From NCBI GenBank assembly GCA_001600815.1, contig BCKZ01000009.1, positions 848,803-912,802 of the forward strand: DNA of 64,000 nt. Direction: 5' to 3'. The notes under the pieces are model-generated. The model did no database searches. It worked only from the letters and a program-made list of their open reading frames with translations, and was not told the origin of the DNA. A program made the translations under genes and the position numbers. Source of the DNA: Alloascoidea hylecoeti. Its lineage: Eukaryota. The stretch's first letter is position 1, and every line of letters starts with the position of its first letter. Of the stretch, positions 47,801 to 62,088 are shown piece by piece.

Positions 47801-48730
47801 TTTTTTATTTATTTTCGTTAAATAATGCACACTCAGGAAGGAAGGAGGATGCACACACTGTACATATGTGCTGATCATATATGTGCCAATTATATAATTT
47901 TGCGGCATTTATGGTTTTCTATGATGTATTGAAACCAAAACAGAGGCTTGATCCCGGGCGGCGCATATTTTAGAAATGGTGATTTTTTTTTGATTGGTAC
48001 TGAGTTTTAGGCTGATTTCCCTCAAGAACTGCCTTGTAATTGATCCAATGTAGTTCCTTACATAAATGAACCTAATTCAAGGTTTTATAACCTTATTTGT
48101 AATAGTGAAGAAAATAAAAAGTTCCTGTCGCAGAGTACGAGGTTCCTAATGGGATGAAGTGCGATCAGGATATTGGGTCGATATCTATTGACTATCTGGC
48201 CGAAGCTAATACACTACGTACAGGTATATATTAGGAATAAATTGATATTACCTCTACATATATAGGGGCCTTATAGCTCTATCTCTTGTCATATGAAAAT
48301 GCAGGGTTTAAGAGTAGAATCTATATTCATTTCATTAATAAAGCTAAAGCTAACCCTATATCATACCATAATGTAAGATTTAAACTATAAAATGAAACAA
48401 GTAAACTAAGCCCACTTTTACAATTGCAGTTCAGCACGCTAGACAGTATCGTGTAGAGCTAGCTCGTTTACTAGTTATATATCATAAACCTTCTGATGTA
48501 GCGGTGGATAGAACAACCAAAAATTATGAAGGATGTGTTCCATCGATGTCGTTGACCGGGTAACTATCTTTGACTGAGATGTCGTATCCGGTCGTGCAGC
48601 TTAAAAACGCACAAAACTATTACATCACTGGTTTTGGCGTGCACGTGCGTGACGTAATATATTATTTTTATTATGTATAAAACTATCCTCCTTCCCTCTG
48701 GTACCTTTATCATATACAATAAATACTGTT

Positions 48731-49855
48731 ATGAACATGTCCTCTTCTGCGGAGTTTGTTGCTCTCGAGTCTTTACCAACCGAGTTATTGCAGCGGATAT
48801 TTGTGTACTCGAAGAATTTCGATTTACCCCTGGTATCAAAAACTCTTTTTCATGCTTTATCTTATCATGAAAACCTAGCCATCCGAACCTTGGAAGAACA
48901 TTGTGTCTGGTTACCTGAATTTCCAATAGGCACAAGCCAAGCTTGCCTATTTGACAAAGAATCTAGATTCATGAATCAAAAAGATAAAGAAGAAAATAGG
49001 CTACAATATCTAAAGAGAAAAGAGGAGGCTCTAACTATGTATAATCCAACTTCTTATTGTCTTGTTATGGATTCTGCCATTCTTGAAAGAAAATTTATAA
49101 CTGAAAGGTTAATAAAAAAATTAAAATTTCTTCGAGATGATAATCTTCGATTTTTACCTGAAGATATAATACCTGAAGAAGTTAACTTACGGTATAAATA
49201 TTGGGATATAAGAAGGAAACTTATTGATTCTAAATTAACTATTGATAAAGAAACTGGTTTATCTTTAGATAGAGGACTTGTTGAATACGAAGTTAAAAGG
49301 GCAATAATAAAAAATGCAAAACAAATAAATGCTTTTTTCCCAAAAAGACTTACTATTACACCATTTACTGAAGAAAATTTATCAATGATAAATTATTTAT
49401 GGAATTTTAATATTACTTTTAAAAATTTAAGTAAAACTTTATCAATTGCAATAAATGATTTTTCAACTTCAACACAATTACAAGAATCATCATCATTAAT
49501 AAATATTGATGAAACTTCACAAAATAATCAAAATTTTAATGCTTTTTCAGCATTTCAAAAGATTATGGGTCTTGAAAATTTTAATTATGAACATCATAGA
49601 GATTATAATTATATTTCAAATGATTTTAAAATTTTTGATAGATTTAAAAGAGTTTTATCATCATCTGATGCTTTAATTTCTTCATTTAATATAAATAACT
49701 TATTAATTGCTGATTGTTTATATTATTTTATGATGCCATGTGCATTTGATGAAAAATTAATGAATTTTTTAAGAAATGATGATTCGGGTGAATATCAAAA
49801 ATGGATTGATAGGAAAAGAAGAAGTGAAATGTATAATTCAATGATTCAGGCTTAA
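48731..49855 (+). CDS. Hypothetical protein with an N-terminal F-box-like motif
   Basis: 374-aa ORF with LESLPTELLQRIF...LPLVSKTL; Reb1-type site and CACGTG upstream. Confidence 0.75.
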   Translation: MNMSSSAEFVALESLPTELLQRIFVYSKNFDLPLVSKTLFHALSYHENLAIRTLEEHCVWLPEFPIGTSQACLFDKESRFMNQKDKEENRLQYLKRKEEALTMYNPTSYCLVMDSAILERKFITERLIKKLKFLRDDNLRFLPEDIIPEEVNLRYKYWDIRRKLIDSKLTIDKETGLSLDRGLVEYEVKRAIIKNAKQINAFFPKRLTITPFTEENLSMINYLWNFNITFKNLSKTLSIAINDFSTSTQLQESSSLINIDETSQNNQNFNAFSAFQKIMGLENFNYEHHRDYNYISNDFKIFDRFKRVLSSSDALISSFNINNLLIADCLYYFMMPCAFDEKLMNFLRNDDSGEYQKWIDRKRRSEMYNSMIQA

Positions 49856-50471
49856 GATAATTAATTTATCATTATGAGTTTTCTATTGGAATGGTTTATG
49901 GAGTTGGATTAGAAAGTTTGGTGGGTGTTTTATTTTTTTGATTCATATGCATTTTATACGATTTACAAGTTTATATTGGATTTATTGCATATATTCTTTT
50001 GGTTATAATTTATTTAATTTTAGCATTATGTTACATAATTTTTATAAACTCTTTTGTATTTTGGTTTGTTTAGTTTTAATACTAATTAGAGGTAATCTAC
50101 TCATTTTTTACTATAAAAGTAATTTAGGATATTTCTCCAAAATGTAAAACCTGCCGTCTTTTTCGCTATTTCACAGCCAAAAACTATGGATATATCAAAA
50201 AGATCCCTTAGACATGCATCAAGAATACAAGATACTAAAATTCATGGCAAGAAGCTTAAGTCGTCTCAAAAAAAAAAGATTTTGGTTTAAGGACATGTTG
50301 CAATTGTTTGAATGGCTGTTGTCTGCGTATTAGTAGTTATTAATAATAATACGACTCTTGACAACTAAGAAAAAAGAAAGAGGTTTTGAGCTTTACTCCT
50401 TATTTTTGTGAAATCTAGCTAAAGTAGTACGTACCAATAAGTGTACATGTATAGCTACATAGTAGAATATT

Positions 50472-50748
50472 TTGGTAGTAGACGGGTAGCTACCATATAT
50501 GACTATGTACATCTGCAGTATTCCTTTATATGGATATGCAACTATGCATGTATACTATATAAGGGAATGGATATCGTATATTGCATATACATATGCAAAT
50601 AAATTAAGGATAAATAGTTTTACTTTTTTTGATTTAAGAGAAATGTTTGGGACTCAAGCAAAAACGACGTTAGCTTTAATACACACAGTTGAGTAACCAT
50701 GTTTACCCTAACTCAAACGAGAAAATCTGATATGTGGATCATAAAAGG
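50472..50748 (+). repeat. Dispersed direct repeat, copy 1 (copy 2 at 61436-61676)
   Basis: Near-identical to copy 2 apart from about 6 substitutions and a ~36-bp indel; contains CTATATAAGG. Confidence 0.95.
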
Positions 50749-50749
50749 A

Positions 50750-51038
50750 TATTTAAGTTGTGGTCTATTGTTTATAAATAACAATATAATCCTTACTTTT
50801 AAAGATGAAAATACTATTAACATTTGGGATTTAAATGAGATGAAATTATTTAAAGAATTTGAAAAATTAGATTTTAGACTTCGTCACGACGAAATAGATT
50901 TACAGAATAACTTAATTGATGCGGGTTCGAAAGGATTAGCTGTTTTCACTCAAGCTGGTGATATTAATTTATTCAATTTTTCTAGAAACTTGAGGAAAGA
51001 ATATCTAAAATATTTATAATCTATTTAGAATTGAAAAT
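50750..51038 (+). pseudogene. 3' fragment of the F-box/WD40 gene family fused to repeat copy 1
   Basis: TINIWDLNEMKLFKEFEKLD...NFSRNLRKEYLKYL* matches the end of 59826-61082; similarity continues past the stop codon. Confidence 0.85.
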
Positions 51039-51624
51039 ATACATCCCTCTTTCAAGAAATTTCAACTGTAATAAATTTAGTACCATCAAGGTAGTAAGTA
51101 TCAACTCTCCATTACTAGGGATCCGGATCTGTAACATAGAATTGGGGCGTAACCAACGCTCTCATTCAAAATGATGCCACCAATATTAATATTTATACTT
51201 ATTACAATGGTCTTAAAATTTAATAAGAATGATAACTATCAAATCAAACTTGGTTAGAGAACCTATTTTAGTAGAGAATAGATTAAGAGGAATGGAAATT
51301 GAAATTAAGATTAAGATTAATAATAATAAGCATGATTTTATTATGAAATTTTTATTGAAACAATACAATATATGTAGATGAATCTGAAATACCATCATTT
51401 AAACTGGAAATAGGGGTAGACAATCTTATTCTATTAAATCCTTCAAAAGAATCCGAAGATGAGAGAGGAATTAAATAAGGTGAAAGATGAATTTGAATCC
51501 TAAAAATATACTAGTTCCCACAAGAATCAATCAGCAATTCGTATTGGAAATTATGATCAATAAAGTTTATCTATTTTCTCTACTTTAGGATTTATTACTC
51601 AGTCAAGAAAACGTCTATAAATAA

Positions 51625-52686
51625 ATAATTTCAAGTTTCTAAATCTTCAGATTCTTTAATTAATTTTAGATCATTTAAATTCCAAATCTTAATAGTATCA
51701 TAAAAAACCGAAATGAGTTTATTATTATTTATAAATTATAGATTTTGTACTCCTTGATTTGATAAAATATTTGTTTCATTTGCTTGTAAATCCAAAGCTG
51801 TTAGCTTGTTCTCACTAACAAATAAGTATTGATCATTTACTGCAAAGCAATTCACAGTAGTATCAAATCGAAATTCTTGGATTATTTGACCAGTTTCAAT
51901 ATCCCAGGATCTTAAAGCTTCAGAATCTATACCATATAAAATTCCATTATGAATGCAAATACCATTAATTCAATCTTCTCCTTTCAACGAAGTTGTAAAT
52001 TAAACTTTAGTTGATGTTCCAAATTATCAAGACTTGATTTTTGAACACGAGTATATTCAACGTTATAACATATAATACAATCACCGTATAAAACGACGCT
52101 TATTAAGTCGAAAATATATGTTTGTAGTAATATCAGACGATGTATTGGCTTAAAATCTGATGATTTCGAAATTATAAAAGAACCATCCAATGAACCAGGA
52201 ACCAAATATTTATCATTAATATTCAAGAATAAAATATCACTGAAATGAGTTATGGCATCGCTTTTTTCTATTAACTCCAACAAATGAGTCTCTGGTAAAC
52301 TCCTTGTTGAAAGATTAAGGTTTGGTTTTCCTAATATTCTTATACAAAGATAAGTTTCAGTATCCCAAATTCTTATTGCACTTAGTCCAATTTCTATAAA
52401 ATTGTAACACAATCTGTTTTGCCAGAATGACCACTTAATTTTTATGCTTTGTAAATTTATCATTTTTTCCAGTTCAATTCTAAAAGATAACGTTCTTTGT
52501 GTAATTCACACCATGAATCTGTTTCTGAATCATCATTATAGTATTCTCAAGATATTTCATCTTGACATTTCGATTTCCATATATTATCATTTTCAGCTAT
52601 TCGTTTCCATAATTTAGAAATTGTTCTACAAATAAGTAAAGTTGTTGATGGCAAATTTAAGAAGAATATTTCAAATACTTCAAAAA
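51625..52686 (-). pseudogene. F-box/WD40 pseudogene (stops, frameshifts, both ends eroded)
   Basis: FLNLPSTTLLICRTISKLWKRIAENDNIWKSK.QDEIS*EYYNDDSETDSW.ELHKERYLLELNW, IRIWDTETYLCIRILGKPN and INDKYLVPGSLDG are colinear with 59826-61082. Confidence 0.92.
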
Positions 52687-52742
52687 ATCGATTGTCGTCT
52701 TGAGCATTCAGCCCAATACATCAATCAAGCTTGCAAGCGATG

Positions 52743-52975
52743 TCTGACCCGTTCAACTCTTTTAGTTTGAATAAGTAGTAGATAATCGGCACCAACAGCT
52801 TAAGAAGTATACCAAACTTTGATCAACGCTTACAATAATCGGCTAACTATTGAACTATTTTATTATACAAAAATAGAGGGTGGCTCCCGATCATGAAATG
52901 CTTTATTGTTTTGTCGATGAGATTGGTGGGCCGAAGATATATGAGAAGATGTTGATGACCTTATACCAACCACAA
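52743..52975 (+). mobile_element. gag-like relic related to 15922-16215
   Basis: SDPFNS...GTNSL/KKY...VAPDHEMLYCFVDEIGGPKIYEKML versus DPSNQ...GSRNLKEY...SPDKELLFSVVDE...KPEIYESL. Confidence 0.5.
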
Positions 52976-53511
52976 AACCAACCAAAAACACTTATATGAT
53001 TTGAAACGTATGAGGTCTAAGGCGCTTCCCCTTTTTGGGATCTAGAACTAGAAGTGAGAAGAAATCTAAAGTGCTAAAAGAAATAAAATAGATATTGTTC
53101 TGGACCTTATTGGCATAATATTTTATAAACCTGCTGTAACATTAACACACATCTTATGAAGAAGAAGGAGAAATGTAAGAGCTTAAAGTGCTAATTAAGG
53201 TGAGTGGGTACTAGGTAGTAGTACCCTTCTAAGTTCTCGTATAATTCTAAGGATCAATTGCGAGACTACAAGTCTAGCTATCTCTTGTACCGAAAAAGGA
53301 ATCGTCTCTGTAGTAATGAAATCAATCAAAACTGGTTCATTAATCCCATGAAACCAGATATAAATACTCATAAATAGTAAGCAACTTTTTTTTAACAAAA
53401 ATCAAAAAGATATATAAATTTGTATATATTGTGATTCTTTAATTATTATACACGATTCAAAGATATCTATTACAATTTGTTCAGCTATATAATGAAAGAT
53501 AAATTTAAAAA

Positions 53512-55017
<1,506 letters not shown>

Positions 55018-55177
55018 TTTTGGTTTATATGGATATTAATCAAAAGCTTGAAAAAAAAAAGTTAATAAAATTGGAGGTTGGGTGTAAGGATGAAACACAA
55101 AACACAAAACACAAAACACCATGTTCAATTCAATTTCAATCCCAATCCCAATTTCAAACAAATAGAGTAATAAACTA

Positions 55178-56419
55178 ATGTCTTTTATAACGGAATTTTT
55201 ATCTTCAATAACAGCCTGCTTAACATGTTCTCAAACTCCGGTTTTAAAGATCAACAGAGCAAGATTTAAGATTTTAAAGTTATTAGGAGAGGTATGCTGA
55301 ATTGAGATCTATTTATATTTCAGTATCTAATGTGATATTTTAGGGTGGATTTTCTTATGTTTATCTGGTTGAAGCACAGAATGGAGGAAAATATGCCTTA
55401 AAGAAAATCCGATGTCCTTTTGGTGCAGAGAGTGTTAAAGTTGCAATGAGGGAAGTTGATAATTATAAATTATTTCATAGTCCATCAATAATTCGAGCTA
55501 TTGTAAGTTATCTATATCATTTTTTGATTTGATTTGGTTTGATAATGGAAATAAATTAATATTGATATGAAATATTGATTAGGATTCAAGTATTGTTCAA
55601 GAACCAGATGGTACTAAAACAGTTTATGTCCTTTTACCATATTTTGATAAAGGAAGTCTTCAAGATATAATAAATCAAAATCTTATAAGTAATGAATATC
55701 TAAATGAATTAGATATCTTAAGATATTTTGTTTCAATTTGTAAAGGTATTCAAGCAATGCATAAACATCATTTATCACCATCTGCAAATCGAAGAAATAA
55801 TAATGTTTCAAGATCAAGTGGTGCTGGAACAGAAGAGCATGATGTTTTATTAAGTGATAGTGAAACAGATGGTGATAATGATACATTATATCCTGTTGGT
55901 GATGGTGGTGATGAAGAAGGAACCGAAATGGGTGAAACTGTTCCATATGCTCATCGAGATATTAAACCGGCAAATGTTATGATTGCAAGGGATGGAACAC
56001 CAATTTTAATGGATTTAGGATCTTGTGCAAGGGCAAGAGTATCAGTTAAAACAAGACAATCTGCATTAGAATTACAAGAACTAACAGCTGAACATTGTAC
56101 TTTACCATATCGTGCACCTGAATTATTTGATGTTAAAACAGGAAGTAGTATTGATGAAAGAGTTGATATATGGAGTCTTGGTTGTACCTTATTTGCATTA
56201 ATGTATAATAGTTCACCATTTGAAATGATGGCTAATGATAGTGGTGCAAGTGTTAGTTTTGCAATTGTTGGAGGGAATTATAAATTTCCTGGTGTTCCTG
56301 AATATAGTGACGGATTAAAAGAATTGGTTAGAATGTGTCTTGTTGTTGACCCAAAGGAAAGACCTTTTATTGAAGAAGTTTTAGCAACTGGTCAAAATTT
56401 ATTAAGAGATTTAGAATAA
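55178..56419 (+). CDS. ENV7: NAK-family Ser/Thr kinase (STK16/Env7); exons 55178-55291, 55344-55502, 55583-56419
   Basis: N-terminal cysteines, LLGEGGFSYVYLV, YALKKIRCPFG, HRDIKPAN, LMDLGS, CTLPYRAPELFDVK. Confidence 0.92.
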
Positions 56420-56519
56420 TTATAAATTCAATCATTCATATTATAGTATATATATTTATATATTGTGTATTCAGTTTCAGTTTTATACTACTATTAATTA
56501 ATTATTATTTAAAGAATTT

Positions 56520-57813
56520 CTAAGTATTGAGAGCATGACCAGGTCCAACAAAAGGGTTAGCATTTGCACTATTATTATTGTTTGTCCTTGATCCACCCAT
56601 TGCAATACTAGCTAAAGAATTTGAATTCGTAGGTCGATGTGTATTTGTTGTAGGTAAAACATCTCTTGAAACAAAAGGATTTGAAAATGGTTGGAATCTA
56701 GTTTCTCGTGCTTGAACTTCTTTATAATATTTAAATTGAGATGGAATCAAAGCGATTACAAATTCAATTTTGGATTCAATGAATTCAACTACTTTTGAAC
56801 TTGGTTCGATCAATTTATCTAAGTATCCTAGTGCCCCTAAAAATAAAAAAAATATGTTAATTGATGTGCATTTGGCGGGAGGGAGGGATGGAATTAACTT
56901 ACAGGCATAACCAACAATAAGACCTAAGAAATGACCAATGAAACTTGATCCTGGGACCAAAATAGTAACAATGATAAGAACAACTATTGGTGCAAAACGG
57001 GTAGGGAGTGAAAATGTGGGGGAACTTTATGGTTTGAAATTAGTTTTGATTTTTGATCTTTTGATTCATATGTTTATGTTGATGTTAAAATGCTGATGTT
57101 GATGTTGAAGATAAATACTTACAGTTGAATACTTGGTTCAGTTAAACTTAACTTATAAGCATAATAACCATAGAATGAAAAGACCCAAGCACTAATAATA
57201 ATTAATATTCGAAAAAATGATATGTTTAGATGTGGATTAAACATACCTGGCACCAAGAACAGCTCCATTTGGATAGAAGATTAAACCAATGATACAGTAT
57301 GGTAATGCTGTTGCCACAGCCAATACTAAATTGAATTTAGTTAATTATGAATCATTTTAAATGTTTTTGATTTGACTTAAGAATATATATGAGACATACC
57401 ATTTAAAACAATTCCGGTTCGTACGGTTCCATTAACTTTTTCGAATGTTTTAAGTACTTGATAAAGAGCAAGAAGATTAAACAATAAATGAAAGAATGAT
57501 AAATGACCAAGTGGATATAATGAGATTGCATTCACTAAAAAAATAATTAGTATATTATGAAAGGAAAATGAAAATGAAGATGAAGAAAAGAATGAAAGAT
57601 CTTACAATTTAAACTTGTTAAAGACTTAGGAGATAAAGTAATAGCATCGTTAATTGAAGTAACAAAACTAGCAAGATAGATCAATATTAAAAATACAGAT
57701 AATCCAGCTGTTAAAGCAGGTGGCGATTCTTTTGGTTTATAAGCATTTAGAATTGAGAAATCGCGTTTCAAACGATCGAGGAAGGAGGTTAATGAGTTAC
57801 TGTTGACGACCAT
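56520..57813 (-). CDS. RBD2: Rhomboid protease; exons 57813-57606, 57534-57400, 57325-57247, 57191-57123, 57024-56903, 56836-56520
   Basis: YPLGHLSFFHLLFN, catalytic GAS (split by an intron), PGSSFIGHFLG; five canonical frame-preserving introns. Confidence 0.9.
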
Positions 57814-58002
57814 TTTATTTGGAATTTTTTTTGTGGTGTTTATGGTTGTGTGGAAAGTAAAAAAAGAGGTTTCGATTTAATTTTGTTTTGGATGACGACC
57901 GACTACTATGAGAGATTTAAACATTATAATACCTTACACATAACGAAAATAAATAAAAAATAAAATAAAATAACATAAATAAATAAATACATAGAAGTCT
58001 AC

Positions 58003-58927
58003 TTAATTCCCATTTCCATTGCCATTTCCATTTCCATTTCCATAAATATCAGTAACTTGATTGACCACATTATTAAGTCTGTCCAGTTCTGCTTTTTTAT
58101 CGATGGTAGACTGATAAGTTAAGTTAGTTAAACAATCACACACATATGAAAAGATTTATACATACTGATTTTAAGTCTTTGAGTGCAATAATTGAATTTT
58201 CGTAATCTTTAATTATTTGTTGTATTCTTGGAATATCCCATTCATTTTCGATATCATTTTCATTTCCACTTCCACCCAGATCTACTTGTTTATTCTCATT
58301 TTCATCTACTTTTAGTTCGTAACTATCAATTTCATTTTTTAAATTTTCAATTTGTTTGAAATAATCATTTGTAAAATCATCATAGTTATTAATTATTTCA
58401 TTTGGATATAATCTTCTTTTATTTGTAACATCTATTGTTGCATGTTCGAAATCACCATAGATTTTACGTAAGTTATCATTTAAAACATCATCAAACGGTT
58501 CAATTGCTTTTCCGTATTTCATATTAGTTTTATATCTTTTTATATTGTTTCATATTAGGATTAAAACTATTGACATACCATTTTTTGGAGTTTCTAACAT
58601 TTTCTTAAGGGATGGAATATTACTACCGTCAATATCATCGACAACCATTGAATTCTTTGCAAGTTCAAACGTATCATAAACAAACTATCATATAGATATT
58701 AACTAAAAAGACCTTTTAATATATCATATGAATGTAAATAAACATACCGATTCAATCATATCAACAACTTTTTCTCGAAATGGATCTTCTTTTAAATTAT
58801 CATTTTTAGGTAAATGTAAATCTAATTTTTCATGTGCTGCTTTTAAAAATTGAGATTCTAAATATCTAATATCATCTGATCCTAAATGGAGTTTATTATG
58901 AAGTTCATCTATTTGTGAACTACTCAT
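58003..58927 (-). CDS. NSL1: Kinetochore Mis12-complex subunit Nsl1/Mis14; exons 58927-58748, 58684-58579, 58506-58166, 58110-58003
   Basis: H.KLHL...DIRYL...F..AA.EKLDLHLP...EDPFR..V, IEPFD..LN..LR, RRLYP; three canonical introns. Confidence 0.8.
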
Positions 58928-59825
58928 TTTTATAGCATTTGTTTATTACTTGAAATGTAAACATTGGTTGTTTGATAGAGTGATGAGAAATACACACCTG
59001 TGTAAGATTCAGCACCATGTATAGCTATAGTATAATTATAGGAAAGACTAGAATATATATAAAAGAGTAAATTACTATAATTGGGTTATATCACTATTCA
59101 ATACTATTAATATTCATTACTATTCACTGCATAGTTAATTCCTAACAATACCATGGCCAGTAACCACAAAAAGATATTTTTTTGACGTTAAAGGTCTTAT
59201 ATGAATGAGAAGATCAAAAGGGACATCATTATATGGACTAAAGATGGGTTGAAATCATCTCAGGACTTTTGAGGTTTTATACGGAGACTCTTTTTTTTTC
59301 TACTAATGAAGAATAACATACTTTCCAAGTTTCAGCACATACCGTCTATGGTTCAAGTGCGCTAATACTGAATACTACACTAGTATAGTATCTGGTATTT
59401 ACGGGACATTATGCACTATGTTAAGAATAGTAAAGGTCAGTGACTGGTTATAGTTTTTTTTATTAATAATTTATTCACAAATAAATAATTTTAGAGTAGT
59501 AGGATATAAATAAATTTTTGTTTAATTAAATTTCCTTATTTCGGGGCAGAATAACATCGAGAATTACCTCAAATTGAATCTTCTAAGGCTTAGTTTTCAA
59601 ATATGATAACTCCGATAATTTTGAAGAAATAGGCGAAAAAATGGAAGTAATGAAAAACAAGTTTGATAGAGTTCTAGAAGTGTTGTCAAGATCAGATAAT
59701 GATATATTGATATGGGAAATATCCAGAAGTTATTGTTGAGAAGGAACTACTTGACAATCCTTCTTTTGGACAATTTTAATTACAATCTCTTTAAGTAACG
59801 ATATTTATTTTCAATTTTCAATAGA

Positions 59826-61082
59826 TTATAAATATTTTAAATACCTTTTCCTTAAATTTTCAGTAAAGTCATAAGTAACAATATTACCTTGCATAGTAAA
59901 AGTAATCACCCTTTTCGAATCAACATCGATTGAAGTAGGCCATAAAAGTGTATTTTCATAGTCTAATTTTTTAAATTCTTTAAATAATTTTAGATCATAT
60001 AAATTCAAAATATTAATTGTACATTCACGATCAACAGTAATAATTTTATTATTAACTATAAATAATTTAAATGGTCCTCCATTTGATAAAATATTTTCTT
60101 TATTTGTTTGTAAATCAAGGGTTGTTAGTTTGCTGTTGTTACTCACAAATAAGTATTGATCATTTACCGCAAAGCAAGCTACTTCATCAAATCGAAATTC
60201 TTGGATTATTTGACCAGTTTCAATATTCCAGGATTTTACACCTCCAAATACTTTACCGTATATAATACCATTATGAATGCAAATATCATTAATCCAACTT
60301 TCTTCTTTTATTAGGTGTTGAAAATTAAACTGTACTCGATGTTCCAAAGTAACAAGACTTGATTTCCAAATACCAATATAAATAAAACCACAGCATACAA
60401 CATAATCATTATATGAAGCAACGCCAGTTAAAATTAAATAATTTTCTGGTGTTGGTAATATCAAACGATCTATTGGTTTAAAATCAGGTAATCTCCAAAT
60501 TATACAAGTCCCATCACTTGAACCAGAAACCAAATATTTATCATTAATATCCATATATGTAACACTACTGAAATGAAATATGGGATCATTCTTTTTTATT
60601 AATCCCAACCTATCCATTTCTGAAAAATTTCCGCTTATAATCTCATTGTTTGGTTTTCCTAATACTCTTAAACATTGAAAAGTTTCACTATCCCAAATTA
60701 TTATTGTAGAATCATGTAAACCAGCTATAATCCATTTTTTAAAGAATTTAACATAACATGTAGTGGTACAACCACTTAATTTATGTTTCATGATTGTGAA
60801 TTTATCATTTATCCAATTTGATTCTAGGAGATAACGTTCTTTGTATAATTCATACCATGAATCAGTTTCAGAATAATCATTATAGTATTTCCAAGAATTT
60901 TGATTTTGGAACTTTGATTTCCATATATTATCATTTTCGACTATTTTTTTCCATGGTTTCGAAACTTTTCTACAATTAAGTAAAGTTGTTGGTGGCAAAT
61001 CTAAGAAGATTATTTGAGATATTTCAACAGGGAGATCGGAAACAAAATCTAGTGTAGGCTGAATATTTTTGTATAAGAACAT
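59826..61082 (-). CDS. Intronless divergent F-box/WD40 protein (beta-TrCP/FWD-1-like architecture)
   Basis: DFVSDLPVEISQIIF..L....LL.CRKVSK.W F-box, WYELYKERY.LE.NW linker, WD repeats DSTIIIWD, LVSGSSDGTCIIW, VKSWNIETG. Confidence 0.88.
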   Translation of the reverse strand: MFLYKNIQPTLDFVSDLPVEISQIIFLDLPPTTLLNCRKVSKPWKKIVENDNIWKSKFQNQNSWKYYNDYSETDSWYELYKERYLLESNWINDKFTIMKHKLSGCTTTCYVKFFKKWIIAGLHDSTIIIWDSETFQCLRVLGKPNNEIISGNFSEMDRLGLIKKNDPIFHFSSVTYMDINDKYLVSGSSDGTCIIWRLPDFKPIDRLILPTPENYLILTGVASYNDYVVCCGFIYIGIWKSSLVTLEHRVQFNFQHLIKEESWINDICIHNGIIYGKVFGGVKSWNIETGQIIQEFRFDEVACFAVNDQYLFVSNNSKLTTLDLQTNKENILSNGGPFKLFIVNNKIITVDRECTINILNLYDLKLFKEFKKLDYENTLLWPTSIDVDSKRVITFTMQGNIVTYDFTENLRKRYLKYL

Positions 61083-61109
61083 ATTCGAATTGTTTGAACG
61101 AGATTTGTA

Positions 61110-61157
61110 TAACTTTGTAACTTTGTAACTTTATAACTTTATAACTTTATAACTCTA
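61110..61157. repeat. 8-bp tandem repeat (TAACTTTR)x6 just upstream of the F-box/WD40 start
   Basis: Read directly; the last unit is degenerate. Confidence 0.85.
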
Positions 61158-61435
61158 GCTACTGGTGATTGCCAATGATATTATGGATTTTGATAATAAC
61201 AAATGAAAGAAATGACACTCCTGTTTCTCTGCAACCAAGTAAACCTGATGAATCTAGGTAGCTACAGTGTAACCGAACAAGAATGACTACCGGGACACTT
61301 AAAAAGGAATTTAAATCTAATCACAAATTAATTACAAAACCGACAAACACCATTGTGTGTAATCACATATCCTATTGATAAACCAACGTTAACGGCCGCT
61401 GTGTATTTCGGAATTAACAACGATAAAATGAACAG

Positions 61436-61676
61436 TTGGTAGTGGACGGGAAGCTACCATATATGACTATGTACATCTGCAGTATTCCTTTATATGGATA
61501 TGCAACTATGCATGCATACTATATAAGGGAATGGATATCGTATATTGCATATACATTTGATTTAAAAGAAATGTTTGGGACTCAAGCTAAAACGACGTTA
61601 GCTTTAATACACACAGTTGAGTGACCATGTTTACCCTAACTCAAACGAGAAAATCTGATATGTGGATCATAAAAGG
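61436..61676 (+). repeat. Dispersed direct repeat, copy 2 (copy 1 at 50472-50748)
   Basis: Aligns to copy 1 with a ~36-bp internal deletion. Confidence 0.95.
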
Positions 61677-61716
61677 GTGAAATCCTAAGATTTAAGTTTT
61701 GGTGTTGCTGCACGTG

Positions 61717-62004
61717 CAGGACATGAGTTCGGGTAATTGGAGTCTTTCATCCGAGCCCCATCCGAAACCTGGTCAAATTTTTGACTATCTTGGATTCGTT
61801 TTGGTTTCGGATCTCTGGATATTTCGATTATGTAGTAATATAGTAATAATAGTCGGATAACAAGTAATCATACTAGCCGGGTAATTGTACTAATGCATGG
61901 GTGTGTGGAGGATTCGGATTTGGGTGATAGATTTCGAGGCCAGATTCGGACAAAAACTCGGGTAACCTCTGAAATGCCGAGTCCGAATCCAAAACGCATC
62001 TCTA
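61717..62004. mobile_element. Possible hAT-type MITE relic
   Basis: The right end reads TAGAGATG on the minus strand, the left end is CAGGACATG, and TTCGG/CCGA motifs are dense throughout; no TSD seen. Confidence 0.45.
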
Positions 62005-62088
62005 ATGTTTATATTGCTAATGACTCCTATAATTTAATGTTAGTGATATATATTACAAATGTTATTACAAATGTTAATAATACTAGTA

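Noticed and set aside
47900..47990. tRNA-Gly-like 3' end (TTGATCCCGGGCGGCGCA) before a T run
   Set aside because: No cloverleaf or A-box could be built.
50499..50696. 65-aa ORF repeated at 61436-61624 as a gene family
   Set aside because: Similarity is explained by the DNA repeat; low-complexity composition and differing starts argue against coding.
61083..61140. Linear-plasmid UCS promoter (ATNTGA) upstream of the F-box gene
   Set aside because: Motif not found, so a pGKL-type plasmid origin is not directly supported.
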